A DNA stretch of 64,000 nt from Leptolyngbyaceae cyanobacterium (GCA_965263355.1 CBDHHL010000029.1:10442-74441), one strand, 5' to 3'. Positions 48,226-58,782 are shown, counted from the first letter of the stretch. Notes: generated from the sequence alone by a model not told the origin. Program-made: numbers and translations.

Positions 48226-49404
48226 TTAGCTTGCAAGTAAATCCAATAAGCTTAGCTGTTGCTTTTTGGGGGCTTCCTCAGTCGTTGCGGTCTGTTGTTT
48301 TAGCCAGTCTAATCTAGCCTGCTGCGATACAAAGTTTTGTTCTTTGCCGACTTTGCTACGGGCTACATCTGCCCAATGAGGATCAATATCAATCCCGATA
48401 AAATGTCGTCCATGCTTTTTGGCCGCTACTAGAGTATTGCCGGAACCACAAAAGCAATCTAGAACTACTGAATTAGGTTTAGAACTAGCGTTTATTATGT
48501 GCGCCATCATGGCCAATGGCTTCTCGCATGGGTGCTTACCTGGGTAGCTTTGCACTGTCGGGAAGTCCCATATATCCGTGTAGGGTACGTCTGACGATAC
48601 AATAAACGGTCTACGTAGTTCTTCGTATTGCTGACGTAGTTCTTCGTATTGCTGACGTAGTTCTTCGTATTGCTGACGTAGTTCTTCGTATTGCTGACGT
48701 AGTTCTTCGTATTGCTGACGTAGTGAGTTAGGCCCAAACAATTGGCGTAACCATTGATAATTATGTTTTGTTGGCAATGCCCATTGAATAGAGGTGAACC
48801 AGTGGCCAGCCATACCCGTTACTGTTCGGCTACCTGTTTTTTTTTGAAAAGCTTCAGCAACTTGTCTTATTGAAAATCCAGCCTCCATTCTCTCTCCATC
48901 CAAATACGCCCGCAACGGTTCAAAAACAAACCCGCGCAACTCATCACACTTTGCCTGATAACCTGCTTCGCCTTTAGCTGCGTTATCTGCGCCGTAATGT
49001 TCACAAAAGATAATTGATTCCGATGCAGGGAAATAGCCTCTAAGAATTTCTTTGCATGATCCTTTATGAAATCCTTGTTCCTTTCGCCATCGAATATTGT
49101 TCAGCACATTAAACCGATCGCTCAACAACACCTCAACTCGTGCTGACATTTTTGTGCTCGCGAAACAATACAGGCTGCCATTAGGTTTTAATATGCGTTG
49201 CCATTGCGCGGCTAGCTGGTCAATCCATCTCAAGAATTCTGCTGAATTATCCCAGGCGCGATCCCACCATTCGAATTTGCCTTTAGAACCGCCCCCTTTT
49301 ACCTTAAAAAAAGGCGGGTCAGTTGCTATTAGATCAATGCTGCTATCAGGGATGCCGTTCATCACTTCCAAGCAATCGCCTTGAATAACTTGATTTAATT
49401 CCAT
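48226..49404 (-). CDS. Orphan N4-C/N6-A DNA methyltransferase (beta order) with HTH/coiled-coil insert
   Basis: GDCLE, TDPPF, HPCEKP, VLDCFCGSG; no restriction partner nearby. Confidence 0.92.
   Translation of the reverse strand: MELNQVIQGDCLEVMNGIPDSSIDLIATDPPFFKVKGGGSKGKFEWWDRAWDNSAEFLRWIDQLAAQWQRILKPNGSLYCFASTKMSARVEVLLSDRFNVLNNIRWRKEQGFHKGSCKEILRGYFPASESIIFCEHYGADNAAKGEAGYQAKCDELRGFVFEPLRAYLDGERMEAGFSIRQVAEAFQKKTGSRTVTGMAGHWFTSIQWALPTKHNYQWLRQLFGPNSLRQQYEELRQQYEELRQQYEELRQQYEELRQQYEELRRPFIVSSDVPYTDIWDFPTVQSYPGKHPCEKPLAMMAHIINASSKPNSVVLDCFCGSGNTLVAAKKHGRHFIGIDIDPHWADVARSKVGKEQNFVSQQARLDWLKQQTATTEEAPKKQQLSLLDLLAS
48613..48724. repeat. Perfect 21-bp tandem repeat x5.3 (QQYEELR heptads)
   Basis: ACGTAGTTCTTCGTATTGCTG at 48613, 48634, 48655, 48676, 48697, plus a partial copy. 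Confidence 0.97.
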
Positions 49405-49408
49405 ATCA

Positions 49409-51487
49409 TCAAAAATATCTAATCCTGCTTCCGCCAACTGGGCCGCGTGGAAGTGCCAATATCCGCTTATCCCATTGTGTTCGCATCGCAGTCCAGTTAG
49501 GAGGGGTGATTGATCGATTGCTTCCAATGCTGCCCACCCCAGTCCCCCCAGATCGGCTTAGATCGCCCTGAAGAATATTGCCTGAAAACTGCGGGTCTTC
49601 CTGATAGCTGTTGTCATCGAGCAGAGCTTTACCCAGGCTGTTCCAGTTGGTTAGCCCATTGTATTGGACGTTGTCGATTAGCACGCTCGGAGTACTGTCT
49701 GTACTGTCCCACAAAATATTGTTGTCGGCGGTTATGAAGTCGCCTGTGTTGACCGCTTCGTAGAGGTTCCCGTCGCCTTGCAGGATGCTGTCCCTGATGT
49801 CTGGCAGGCTAAATGCAAATGAGCCGGTGTGATATTTCACTACAGGCTCATTGTCCAGCTGCGTCGTGGTGACATTCCTAACTGTAGTAGTCCCGTTTCT
49901 GCCCCAAAACAAAGCCGTATCCACACTAGTCAGTGAGCCTACAACGGCGTTGCGGACTGTTGTGTTTGCAGTAGCTGAGTTTAAATTATTCCTGACGATG
50001 TATCCGTCAGTGCCCCCATTGATAGCCATGAGCCCATCAACCTCTATCGACTCGTGCCCAGAGAGTACAACCTGAACGTAACCATCAAAATAGCAATCTT
50101 GGATGTCCAGCTCTTCGCAGTCGTCAGCTTGAACTCCTCGCGTCCCGTTCAGTGCATAGCAATCTTTGACCAATAGTTTTTTGAGATCATCAGTCCCATT
50201 ACTGGCATGGCAAAAGAAACTAGCGCCCGTACTGAGTGTATTGGGCGAATCTACAACGCAGCCTAGATAGGCATTCAACGCGGGCTCGTCATTGCTGCTT
50301 TTGAATATGACAGCAGGAGTACTAGACGGGATGCGAGAGTCGTTAACAATATGATCTTTGTAAAAGGCGCAATTCTCGAATATGCCCGATCCGATTTGCG
50401 CAAAATGGCTGTTCCCAAACTTAAAAAGACAATTTCTTACAATTGTCCCTCTAGCCGTAAAATACAGAGCGCCATTATCTCCAGTAGCAGTATCAATCTG
50501 GAAGCCATCAACGATGGACCCGTCGCCAGCGTTGTGAAACGCATACTGCCTAACCCCACACTCATAGACTTTCCCATTAGTGCGGACATCAGAGCTGTCA
50601 GAAGCGTGGATATACAGTGGAATTGTTGCTGCTGAGTTGGCATTTACATTGTCATGACCGGTGTATGTATAACTCCCCGCAGTCGTTTGACATGTCGCCA
50701 CATCAGCCACGTACGTCAGTAGTTCGTCGTCCTCGATAACAATTGGGAACGATTCAATTGCAGTGATCGTGTGACTGATGTTGATCGTCCATGCATTACT
50801 GCTGGCATCGCTGAAGTTGGCGTTAGTCAGCACGTCAGCCGTTGTGACTCGCGGCAGTGGCCTGTCAGTTGATTCAGCCCGAATTGTTAGCCGTTTCCCG
50901 CCAAGATCACATTCCTCCCTAAAGGTGCTGTTGGTGCCATCAGCCGTATTGCGGACAATAATGGTGTCTCCGTCAGACGATGCCGCAATCGCCGCTGAAA
51001 TAGTGGCATAAGGAGCATAGTAATTCCCTGCTATCCCATCAGTAAAACTATCGTTGCCAATAGCAGCGCTGACAAACACTGCAGTAGAGTCAATATTCAA
51101 CGTCGCTTCTACTGCTGCTGTGGGGGCTGTAATCGTAAAGCTGCCAGTGAAGTCAGTGTCATCATCGCCTGCAATTTTTGTCCCCCCAATAATGCTGGCC
51201 GCTTCCCAGTTGACCAGCACGTCGGTCGCGGAGTTATTGAGTAGCGTGGCCTTATGAGTGGGGCTGATTAGTGCAGACCATTCTTGCTTGTTTGCGTTGT
51301 CGACAACCTTGGTCAATCCGTCGCCTTCAGTTAATTTTACGACTTGAGAACCAGCTGTGAGGGTTAATTCGAACCCAGCATTTAGTAATGAATCTTCTGT
51401 TTTGCGGACAAGGAAAACTTTTTTGCTGCCATATCGCCAACTGACGATAGACCCGTTGAACAATTTATCGGCATCAGTGCAGACCAT
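49409..51487 (-). CDS. Parallel beta-helix (pectate-lyase-like) virion protein/depolymerase candidate
   Basis: VFVS...GND...PYATISAAIAA..GDTIIVR cap, then repeated IVRNCLF/FENCAF/VKDCYA strands. Confidence 0.65.
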   Translation of the reverse strand: MVCTDADKLFNGSIVSWRYGSKKVFLVRKTEDSLLNAGFELTLTAGSQVVKLTEGDGLTKVVDNANKQEWSALISPTHKATLLNNSATDVLVNWEAASIIGGTKIAGDDDTDFTGSFTITAPTAAVEATLNIDSTAVFVSAAIGNDSFTDGIAGNYYAPYATISAAIAASSDGDTIIVRNTADGTNSTFREECDLGGKRLTIRAESTDRPLPRVTTADVLTNANFSDASSNAWTINISHTITAIESFPIVIEDDELLTYVADVATCQTTAGSYTYTGHDNVNANSAATIPLYIHASDSSDVRTNGKVYECGVRQYAFHNAGDGSIVDGFQIDTATGDNGALYFTARGTIVRNCLFKFGNSHFAQIGSGIFENCAFYKDHIVNDSRIPSSTPAVIFKSSNDEPALNAYLGCVVDSPNTLSTGASFFCHASNGTDDLKKLLVKDCYALNGTRGVQADDCEELDIQDCYFDGYVQVVLSGHESIEVDGLMAINGGTDGYIVRNNLNSATANTTVRNAVVGSLTSVDTALFWGRNGTTTVRNVTTTQLDNEPVVKYHTGSFAFSLPDIRDSILQGDGNLYEAVNTGDFITADNNILWDSTDSTPSVLIDNVQYNGLTNWNSLGKALLDDNSYQEDPQFSGNILQGDLSRSGGTGVGSIGSNRSITPPNWTAMRTQWDKRILALPRGPVGGSRIRYF

Positions 51488-51771
51488 TAACAACAATCCT
51501 CCGCTAATAGATCGGGTTCAGCGTCAAGCGCTGATGTCATAGGCTCAACTCCCACAAAAAAGCTGATCGGATCTCCTGCTATGGCAGCAATTCCAGGGCC
51601 ATTGTCCAAAACGAATAACAGCGGGCTTCCGTCAGCAGCTAGCAGTTTTGGAGCGCATATGACGCGGTTGTCGAAGGCAGCGATAAAATCTCCCAGGATT
51701 CCCCGAGAGATAGTACTCAGTCCGCCGAAGCCAACACCCCTTCTGATTGTACTTAATCCGTTTGGCATCAT
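51487..51771 (-). CDS. Small hypothetical protein
   Basis: Coupled on both sides; internal LSTI(R/S)RG duplication. Confidence 0.5.
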   Translation of the reverse strand: MMPNGLSTIRRGVGFGGLSTISRGILGDFIAAFDNRVICAPKLLAADGSPLLFVLDNGPGIAAIAGDPISFFVGVEPMTSALDAEPDLLAEDCC

Positions 51772-54700
51772 GCCCCCTGCACTGTGTAACTATCACTCCC
51801 GTTGTCTGTGATAGTAGTTGACCCGTCGCCGTCACTGACCGTGATTGCCGTTGGCGTGTGTGTCGCTGTTACGCCAGCAACCAACCCTAGTTGTTTGGCC
51901 ATAGGGCGGGTGTGACCAAGGATTAAACCCACATTTGATTGGATCGTGGAGATGTCGATCAGATCGTTGGGCGCTTGTCCAGCTGCATAGCCCCCAACCG
52001 TGACCGTGCCCCCCATGGACCCGGTCGTTACTTGCCCGCTACCGTCAATAGCCAGTAGGGCAAAGTTGCTTGGGAAAGCCTGAGTGAGACTATAGCCGGA
52101 TTTATCATTGTTGGTGGCCACGACAACTTGGTCCGACGCGTGGTTGAACGTACTTAACCCAGACACGTCAGCAGTGGTCCATGAGGCATTGCCTTGAGTG
52201 AGAATGCTGTTTATATCGCTCGTCAACTCTGCTCGCGTTGGGGGATTATAGGCATTCAATGATGCGGTCGCAGCCGTTTGAACATCAACGCTGGAGAGGT
52301 TATTGAATGATGCCGGGAATGTAACGCCTGTAACACCCCCTACATTGCCTGAAACGGATCCAGTGGTGGTCACATTGGCAACCGTATCCGCAGCAGGGTC
52401 AAAATAATCTGCTGAAGCCAGCGTGCGGGCGTTAAACTCAGACACTGTTGGAATATCTCCTAGCTGAGTGTCTAAATTAGCAGACGACAGGCCAACGGCT
52501 GTTCTGATATCTGCCTGAGATATGTTGTTAAGTGCTGAAATCGATGCGGGGATATCTGTTCCAGTGTTGGCAAGAATGGCAGCTAGTTGAGTGCTGTTGG
52601 CGTCTATCTCGGCCCGTACGTCAGCAGCGCTGTGGGTGCTGAAGCCAGTAGCTTTAAATGCGTCCTCTCGGCTTGAACTGGTGAAATAAGTGTAGATTGT
52701 GGCGGCATCATCTCCACCCCCACCTCCTGATGGGGCCTGCTCAAGAGCATTTGCTGTGAATCGGTAAATCACTCCGTCTAGTTCCGTCAGGTCATCCAGC
52801 TTTGCCAAAGTGGCGGACTCCCCCGATGTCAGCCCGCTCACGCCTGTCTCGACGGTAGCGCCTGTCCCTAAGGCAAGGGCATTGAAAGCAATGCCACCAC
52901 TACCTGTTTGTGGCTGGGCCAGAAGAGACGAGCCGTCGATTGTCCTCGCAATTCCTCCAACGATAGCTAATGGGGTAGAGCTGATGTTGTCAAATTGAAG
53001 GTTTTTAAGATCAAACGTCCTGAGGTTTACTGCGGTGAATGTGTCAGCGTTCACTAGCCGTATCCCGGATTCGGTCGACGTAACAAACACTCCCCAGGCG
53101 TATAGATCTTGCCAAATAGCAATCCCATCGGAGTCATTTGAATTTACTTGGAGCTTCCCGCCCCCGCCTTCCAAGACAAGGCCATAAACAGAGGATAAAG
53201 AGGAGCCATCGTTAGTAGGTGTAACGCTTGTCACACCTACTCCGCTTGCGTTTTTGATTTCTCCATCTAACTCCAGGTTGGTCAGGCTGATTATTCTGTT
53301 GTGAATCGTATCGACTTCGCTAGAAACGTTGACAACTTGAGGGTCGGACACTCCAGCAGTCGCGCTCCAAGTAAACCGCTGGATAAATAATGGGGTTGCC
53401 ATTGTTGTTCCGCTGTTATCCCAATAGATAGCCTTTCTTAGTACGCTAGTACCATTAGAAAGAGACAGTGTTTGAAATACGCCACTACCGCCACTCACTG
53501 ATGCGTTATACAGCTCAGTCTCAGCAGCTGCTGTAAAGACAGAGCCGCTACTATCTGTTCCTTGATCAGAGAATGAGATCGGACTGCCTGGGATGTCAGA
53601 TTCAGCGGAGAATAGTTGCATGTCTCCGCTTGACACTGTGGCATAGTATCGCCCCCCATCCACAATCTGGGGCGATGTTGTGGGCATCGTTGCTCCAGAC
53701 GTTAGGTTGACGTGAACGGTTGTATACGGGCTGGAACTCGCAAACGCAGCCGCGTCACCATTGTTGTCATTCCCCAATGTAATATCGTTGTCAGCTGTAT
53801 TGATATCTGCTGCTGCGACTGTAAAAGTCTGCTCATGGGCGAGAAAGAACCTTGATCCATCAGCTACGTTTGCCGCACTAAACCCTACTGGTGGCGCTGG
53901 GTACGGGCGCTCTGTTCCTCCAACGTCAACAGGGATGTGTGTCAACTGAGCCGCGATGGCAAAACTATCAATTACTCCGCCGGTCGCCATTATCAAATCA
54001 CTGCCTCTTGTCGTAGCGATTCGGTCAGCTGCCCTGCCTGTTCTGTTCGCGGAACCTGCGTCAATGTCAACGTCCTGTCGAACCAACCAGAACAGATAGG
54101 CTATCATCTGCTCCAGGGTTCCGTTATTGGCATCATAAATAATGTTGAAGGCATAATAGCTTCCATCAATTTGCCGCTCTCCAGAGTACGCGACCCAAGT
54201 CACCCCAGTGTCATCCCCTACTCCAGTCCCAGACGAGGTGCCTCCAGCAGTTGTTATATACCATCGCCCTCCATCGCTAACCACTGCATTAGCTGCATAG
54301 ACAGTGCTATTAGCCCATGCAGTAAATCCAGTGCCATCCAAATAAGTGACTGACATCCCATCAAAAGGCGCTACATCTGCCGCCCCATCGCTGTTAGCGT
54401 CAATAGCTGTGTCCGCAATCGTTATATTCGGATTTGCTGTTGTTGTTAGTGGAACAAAATAACGTTGAGGATTGAGGCTAGATAAATCTTGTTCTGCTGC
54501 CAGGTCGTAAGTGACCGTATTTTCTCCCTGAGCCCTGATAGAGAGTTTTAAGAAAGTTCTTAGGTCAAAATTCCCATTACTAGCATCACCAAAAACCTGA
54601 ACTAGTTGATTAGGAAGCCCGCTATTAATGGCCTCTACAATAGTTGGATTGGTTACGTCAGATTGCCAATAGTAGGGCGTTGCAGCTGTTGCTAAGTTAC

Positions 54701-56909
54701 CTAAGCCCGTAATATTGAGCCATTCAATTTCTAGTGCATTGGCTGCGGAATACTGAGCTAGCCCCCCATCACGAAGTAGGTCTCTAGTTGTGTTGTCTTT
54801 TAGATGCCATCCACGACGCAGCTCAAACTCCCCAGCTGTCGCAGAGATGGCCACGACTGGATCGTGATAGGGCATCAACTCATCATTCAAATATCGAGAC
54901 TCGATAATGAAGCTGTATAGGTTTTGCAGGCTAATTCCTGTTGGCTGTGAAAGATTATTTCCTGTTGCAAGCTGCATCTCTACGTTTGCGGTGTCCAGCC
55001 ATAAATCAGCACTAACTCCAATGCCTGAGCCATCTAGCGTAATATCGTAAGCTCCCGCTGTAGCTGAGTAGTTGATGTCAGCAGTTTGCTCAACTGGAAG
55101 AGTAGTGCTACTAGACGGATAAATATAGTTCTCAATAAATACTGATTTTTGCCCAGGATTGACAATATAAATGTCGTATCCTTGGCTAGCGGTTCCTGTG
55201 CTGAACGAGAAGCTAGTGCCTGAACTGTTTACGCCATCAACTAGCGTCGTAGTGCCTGTGTCATATATTTTTAGGCGACTACCTGATATCAATGGTGAAA
55301 TTGTGACGGCAACTGTAGGAGCGACAATATTGATTGTCCCAGCACCCGTAGTTATTATCCCTGGGTCAGACGCCACAGTAACGGTGGCCGTGCCTGAGTC
55401 TAGGTTAAGTGTTGAGCCTGAAGCAAAAGTAAATGCTTGGAGATCATAGGTGCCTGCGGCTAGATTTATGGTGCTAGCAGCAGGAGCAAGAATACTCTCA
55501 AATGTCGTGCCCGCAGTAAAGGTTCCGTTGTATCCGCTGATGTCTAACGTTAAAGAACCTAGGCTTACGCTAGCACCCACAGCATTCAACAAAAGCTGGT
55601 TTATAGCTGGGAATTTGTCAAGAAAATTGTCGCGCTTCCATGCTTTAGCTTTATCAAACAAGGCATCAGGGTTTGAGGGGAACCCTGTAGTCAGGGTAAT
55701 TGTTGAAGTCCCTGTGTCTACAGCAAACCCTGTGTAGCCATCAACAATAGACTTGTCAGATTCTGTAATAGAAGGGTCATCAAGCAGCACCCAGTTTATA
55801 TCTAAGTCCCCTGAGCCCTTAAAAGCCTCAGATGTTATTAAGCCTCCACTAAATAAGTGTTCATAGGAGATAGTATAAACATCAAAAATATCAGTACTAT
55901 TAGAATTTTTACTATAGTAAGTAGTAGTCAAGCTTCCGTTATTCAGAACCCAATTAACTAGTTGTGCTGAGATGGTTGGGGTTTCACCTGAAGAATCTGT
56001 CGTAGCTGAATAGTCTGTATTGCCAGTTACGGCCACAAAAGCACTTTCTACTGGGTTTGCACTGGCGTCACTTATAGACACATTTACGTCTTTGAAAACA
56101 TTTGCTATCCAGGATCGGCCACTTGTACTAATAAAGCTATAGTCAGACCCATTTGTAGCATTAGTGATATTCAATGTCGGCTTATTGCTTGTAACGTTAC
56201 GGCCAAATGTAATAAGCCCCATGCCAGTTTCTAGCAGAGGAATATCCCGGATGCTATAAACAGAGCCTGAGGGAGTGGAGGCAGATATACCAAAGTAAGC
56301 CGTAGCTTTAATAGTCACGTTTTGCCAGAGAAGTGCATTTCCCACTAAGAAGAAACCAATAGAGTCACTATCACTCAGGATAGTGGAGGAGTTTAGCGAA
56401 AAGTCCCCGTACCAATAGTAATTACTTGCTGCAACAAAAGAGTGTTCTAGGGTTACTGCTGAGCCAGCAAGTGCTTGGAAGCCTCCTGTGATTGTTATTG
56501 CTGAGCCGTAGCAATTAAGAACCCCTTCTATACGAATTATTCTTTCTACCCTACTAATTAGCGCTGAACCGCTAGTGCTAGTACTTTGAAGTATTGATGG
56601 GATATATCTGTTCTGTCGATAATCGGCGCTGTTCGACTCTTGGACACCTACGTTCAGAGTGCCTGTCGTTGCAACTTGAATAACTATTTCTGAGTTATTC
56701 GGAGGCTGTATTTCCAAGCTTTCTCCGGGGGGGATTGTCAATGTCCCTTCGACAATTAGTTGAGCCCCAGATGCTAGTATCCATACGTCCCCAAACCCTT
56801 TGACTTCTTTCGTTACAGCTTCTAACGACTCTAGCCCAGATAAAGAAGTGTCTGTCCCTGTTTGGGTTATTTCAGCAGAAGCACCAGTCCCAGTTTGGGC
56901 AAAAGTCAT
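51768..56909 (-). CDS. Giant (~1713 aa) fibre/appendage-like structural protein
   Basis: Ser/Thr/Gly-rich; CBM5/12-like WANSTVY...VV..GRWY; ATG 56909 with GGAGG RBS. Confidence 0.65.
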   Translation of the reverse strand: MTFAQTGTGASAEITQTGTDTSLSGLESLEAVTKEVKGFGDVWILASGAQLIVEGTLTIPPGESLEIQPPNNSEIVIQVATTGTLNVGVQESNSADYRQNRYIPSILQSTSTSGSALISRVERIIRIEGVLNCYGSAITITGGFQALAGSAVTLEHSFVAASNYYWYGDFSLNSSTILSDSDSIGFFLVGNALLWQNVTIKATAYFGISASTPSGSVYSIRDIPLLETGMGLITFGRNVTSNKPTLNITNATNGSDYSFISTSGRSWIANVFKDVNVSISDASANPVESAFVAVTGNTDYSATTDSSGETPTISAQLVNWVLNNGSLTTTYYSKNSNSTDIFDVYTISYEHLFSGGLITSEAFKGSGDLDINWVLLDDPSITESDKSIVDGYTGFAVDTGTSTITLTTGFPSNPDALFDKAKAWKRDNFLDKFPAINQLLLNAVGASVSLGSLTLDISGYNGTFTAGTTFESILAPAASTINLAAGTYDLQAFTFASGSTLNLDSGTATVTVASDPGIITTGAGTINIVAPTVAVTISPLISGSRLKIYDTGTTTLVDGVNSSGTSFSFSTGTASQGYDIYIVNPGQKSVFIENYIYPSSSTTLPVEQTADINYSATAGAYDITLDGSGIGVSADLWLDTANVEMQLATGNNLSQPTGISLQNLYSFIIESRYLNDELMPYHDPVVAISATAGEFELRRGWHLKDNTTRDLLRDGGLAQYSAANALEIEWLNITGLGNLATAATPYYWQSDVTNPTIVEAINSGLPNQLVQVFGDASNGNFDLRTFLKLSIRAQGENTVTYDLAAEQDLSSLNPQRYFVPLTTTANPNITIADTAIDANSDGAADVAPFDGMSVTYLDGTGFTAWANSTVYAANAVVSDGGRWYITTAGGTSSGTGVGDDTGVTWVAYSGERQIDGSYYAFNIIYDANNGTLEQMIAYLFWLVRQDVDIDAGSANRTGRAADRIATTRGSDLIMATGGVIDSFAIAAQLTHIPVDVGGTERPYPAPPVGFSAANVADGSRFFLAHEQTFTVAAADINTADNDITLGNDNNGDAAAFASSSPYTTVHVNLTSGATMPTTSPQIVDGGRYYATVSSGDMQLFSAESDIPGSPISFSDQGTDSSGSVFTAAAETELYNASVSGGSGVFQTLSLSNGTSVLRKAIYWDNSGTTMATPLFIQRFTWSATAGVSDPQVVNVSSEVDTIHNRIISLTNLELDGEIKNASGVGVTSVTPTNDGSSLSSVYGLVLEGGGGKLQVNSNDSDGIAIWQDLYAWGVFVTSTESGIRLVNADTFTAVNLRTFDLKNLQFDNISSTPLAIVGGIARTIDGSSLLAQPQTGSGGIAFNALALGTGATVETGVSGLTSGESATLAKLDDLTELDGVIYRFTANALEQAPSGGGGGDDAATIYTYFTSSSREDAFKATGFSTHSAADVRAEIDANSTQLAAILANTGTDIPASISALNNISQADIRTAVGLSSANLDTQLGDIPTVSEFNARTLASADYFDPAADTVANVTTTGSVSGNVGGVTGVTFPASFNNLSSVDVQTAATASLNAYNPPTRAELTSDINSILTQGNASWTTADVSGLSTFNHASDQVVVATNNDKSGYSLTQAFPSNFALLAIDGSGQVTTGSMGGTVTVGGYAAGQAPNDLIDISTIQSNVGLILGHTRPMAKQLGLVAGVTATHTPTAITVSDGDGSTTITDNGSDSYTVQGA

Positions 56910-57547
56910 AGCGCAACCTCCCAAATCCACCAATACGTATGCCACCAGGCCACCTCTTTAACGTCAGTGGCATTAGCGTTGTAAGCACCTAGACAAACAA
57001 CCTTATCTGTTGTGCTTTCGGATAAATCGATTCTCCCCGCACCAGTAGTGCTACGGAGTGTGTTGTTGTTGTCTGTTTGGCCAGTCCCGTCACTCTGGTA
57101 GTTTTCTAATGCATCCGAGTGGGGGGAGGGGTCATCATTCGTGACGTGAGCGTCAAATTTATCTCGATCCATTATACCGATATCGATATACTCAGAATCG
57201 CCAAAATTTTGGAATGCTAAGTCGTACTGAAACTCGTATATAGCCCCAGCAGCTAACCTAACGTTCTGGCCAGCTGTATTGCTACCTTCCCCAATTACTT
57301 GGTCAGAGTTATCTAATAACTGAATTTTGTTCCCTTTTATAAAAGCATTGCTGCGTCTTTGAATGGTCCCACTAGCAAACACATAGGGCGTTCTAACGAA
57401 GGACAGCTTCGCGTCGGCTGGGTCTAGAGACGCTGGATTAAATCGTATTTCAAACGGGCTAGCAGGAGGAGTAAGCGAGTTTGCAGGCATATACAGATGG
57501 GCTTTGCTGGTTGGAGCCGATGGCGCAGGCTGGTGAACAAAAGTCAT
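56906..57547 (-). CDS. Putative structural protein
   Basis: ATGA-coupled in the head operon; beta-rich. Confidence 0.5.
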   Translation of the reverse strand: MTFVHQPAPSAPTSKAHLYMPANSLTPPASPFEIRFNPASLDPADAKLSFVRTPYVFASGTIQRRSNAFIKGNKIQLLDNSDQVIGEGSNTAGQNVRLAAGAIYEFQYDLAFQNFGDSEYIDIGIMDRDKFDAHVTNDDPSPHSDALENYQSDGTGQTDNNNTLRSTTGAGRIDLSESTTDKVVCLGAYNANATDVKEVAWWHTYWWIWEVAL

Positions 57548-57909
57548 GCCGACACCTCCGCTACTGTGCTGCCGCTCGCAACAGAGGCGAGAAATTGAAT
57601 CGCATAGAACTTATAATCCAGTAATCTAAACAAAGCGAAATTAATCCCCTCGCCTGCTGCTAGAGTAGTTGGGCTGGTCGTGTTTCCAATAGAAATCAGG
57701 CTTCCTGTAGCTGGATTGGTCCAGTCTGTTGCCTGGTTGTAGGCGAGACGGAATGTGGACGCTTCGGTCGCTTTTAAGCGAATCTCAAATGCATTAAAAG
57801 CGGTCCCTCCTTTGTTGACAACTTCAACAGCAAGGCCATTGCTTTGGATCTCCATTTCTCCAATAGCAGTTAGGCTTGTCCCAATGGTCTGCTCTATAGT
57901 GGTTGCCAT
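57544..57909 (-). CDS. Putative small structural protein
   Basis: 121 aa, beta-rich. Confidence 0.5.
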   Translation of the reverse strand: MATTIEQTIGTSLTAIGEMEIQSNGLAVEVVNKGGTAFNAFEIRLKATEASTFRLAYNQATDWTNPATGSLISIGNTTSPTTLAAGEGINFALFRLLDYKFYAIQFLASVASGSTVAEVSA

Positions 57910-57911
57910 GC

Positions 57912-58403
57912 CTAAACCAGCCCCCTCCCTCTGTTATACAGCCCTACTCGACTGGGCTCTGATCGGCCTCCTGGCCATGCAGTGTTCAGGCTGTTATTGC
58001 CTGTTTGCTGGCTAAGCGCTAGATCTCTTCGAATGCTAGAGATCAGGTATTTTTTATAGGATTCTAGTGATGCTGCCTCCCCGGTATAGCCACTCCCCGA
58101 CGTCGGGTTCGCGTATGTTTCACTGAACTGGTCAGGAATGTTGATCGACTTAGCAAAACTAGAACTGGATTGAATCGCCTCTATCCAGTTCCCTTGAGAT
58201 CCGTCAACAGACTCTAGACAGTCAAGAGTCTTAAGTCGTGATTGAATATCAGCAGCGATTGTAGTGCCCTCTGATTCGTCGATAGTTTCGACGTAGCTGA
58301 GAGCACTCCATAAGTAACTGCCTTCTCGCACTTCCTGAATAGGGAGATTGAGATAGTGTTGCAGCTTGCGTCTGTCGTCAATTGTGAAAACGTTTAACGC
58401 CAT
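57912..58403 (-). CDS. Putative head-tail adaptor
   Basis: Helical, about 163 aa, two genes downstream of the capsid. Confidence 0.45.
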   Translation of the reverse strand: MALNVFTIDDRRKLQHYLNLPIQEVREGSYLWSALSYVETIDESEGTTIAADIQSRLKTLDCLESVDGSQGNWIEAIQSSSSFAKSINIPDQFSETYANPTSGSGYTGEAASLESYKKYLISSIRRDLALSQQTGNNSLNTAWPGGRSEPSRVGLYNRGRGLV

Positions 58404-58774
58404 CAGCCGAACCAAATAACGCCAGATTCTTCAAGCTTGACCCAATCGACAGCTTCGGTAACCGCAACAAGATCCTCAGCTGCCGAATAGGGCCGTTTTC
58501 CGATCAGCTCTCTCCCTTTCGCTAAACCAATCCCTTTGATACTAGTCAACTCAGTCAGAGAGGCTGAGTTGACATTGATTGAATCAGGCTGGGGAGGTTC
58601 TGCTGCAGCTCTTTCGGCGGCCTCGTCGTTGTCGACTTGCTGGCCTTCAGTGGTGGATGAATCCGCCAACTTCACAGGCTGTCGGCGATACAGCCCACTT
58701 GCGAGAGCTGCGCTAGCGTCCCCTTTGCTATGAAAAAGAGTGGGCATATTGCCCCGGAACAAAATAGTCGCCAT
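58403..58774 (-). CDS. Helix-hairpin-helix (ComEA-like) DNA-binding protein
   Basis: INVNSASLTELTSIKGIGLAKGRELIGKRPY...EDL. Confidence 0.8.
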   Translation of the reverse strand: MATILFRGNMPTLFHSKGDASAALASGLYRRQPVKLADSSTTEGQQVDNDEAAERAAAEPPQPDSINVNSASLTELTSIKGIGLAKGRELIGKRPYSAAEDLVAVTEAVDWVKLEESGVIWFG

Positions 58775-58782
58775 AGGATTAA

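Noticed and set aside
48507..48737. ORF with YVSNTKN repeats; 21-bp repeat as a CRISPR
   Set aside because: Alternative frame of the methyltransferase VNTR; units are contiguous with no spacers.
58403..58774. PsbU photosynthesis auxiliary gene
   Set aside because: No signal peptide; the motif fits a generic ComEA-type HhH, and it lies in the head operon.
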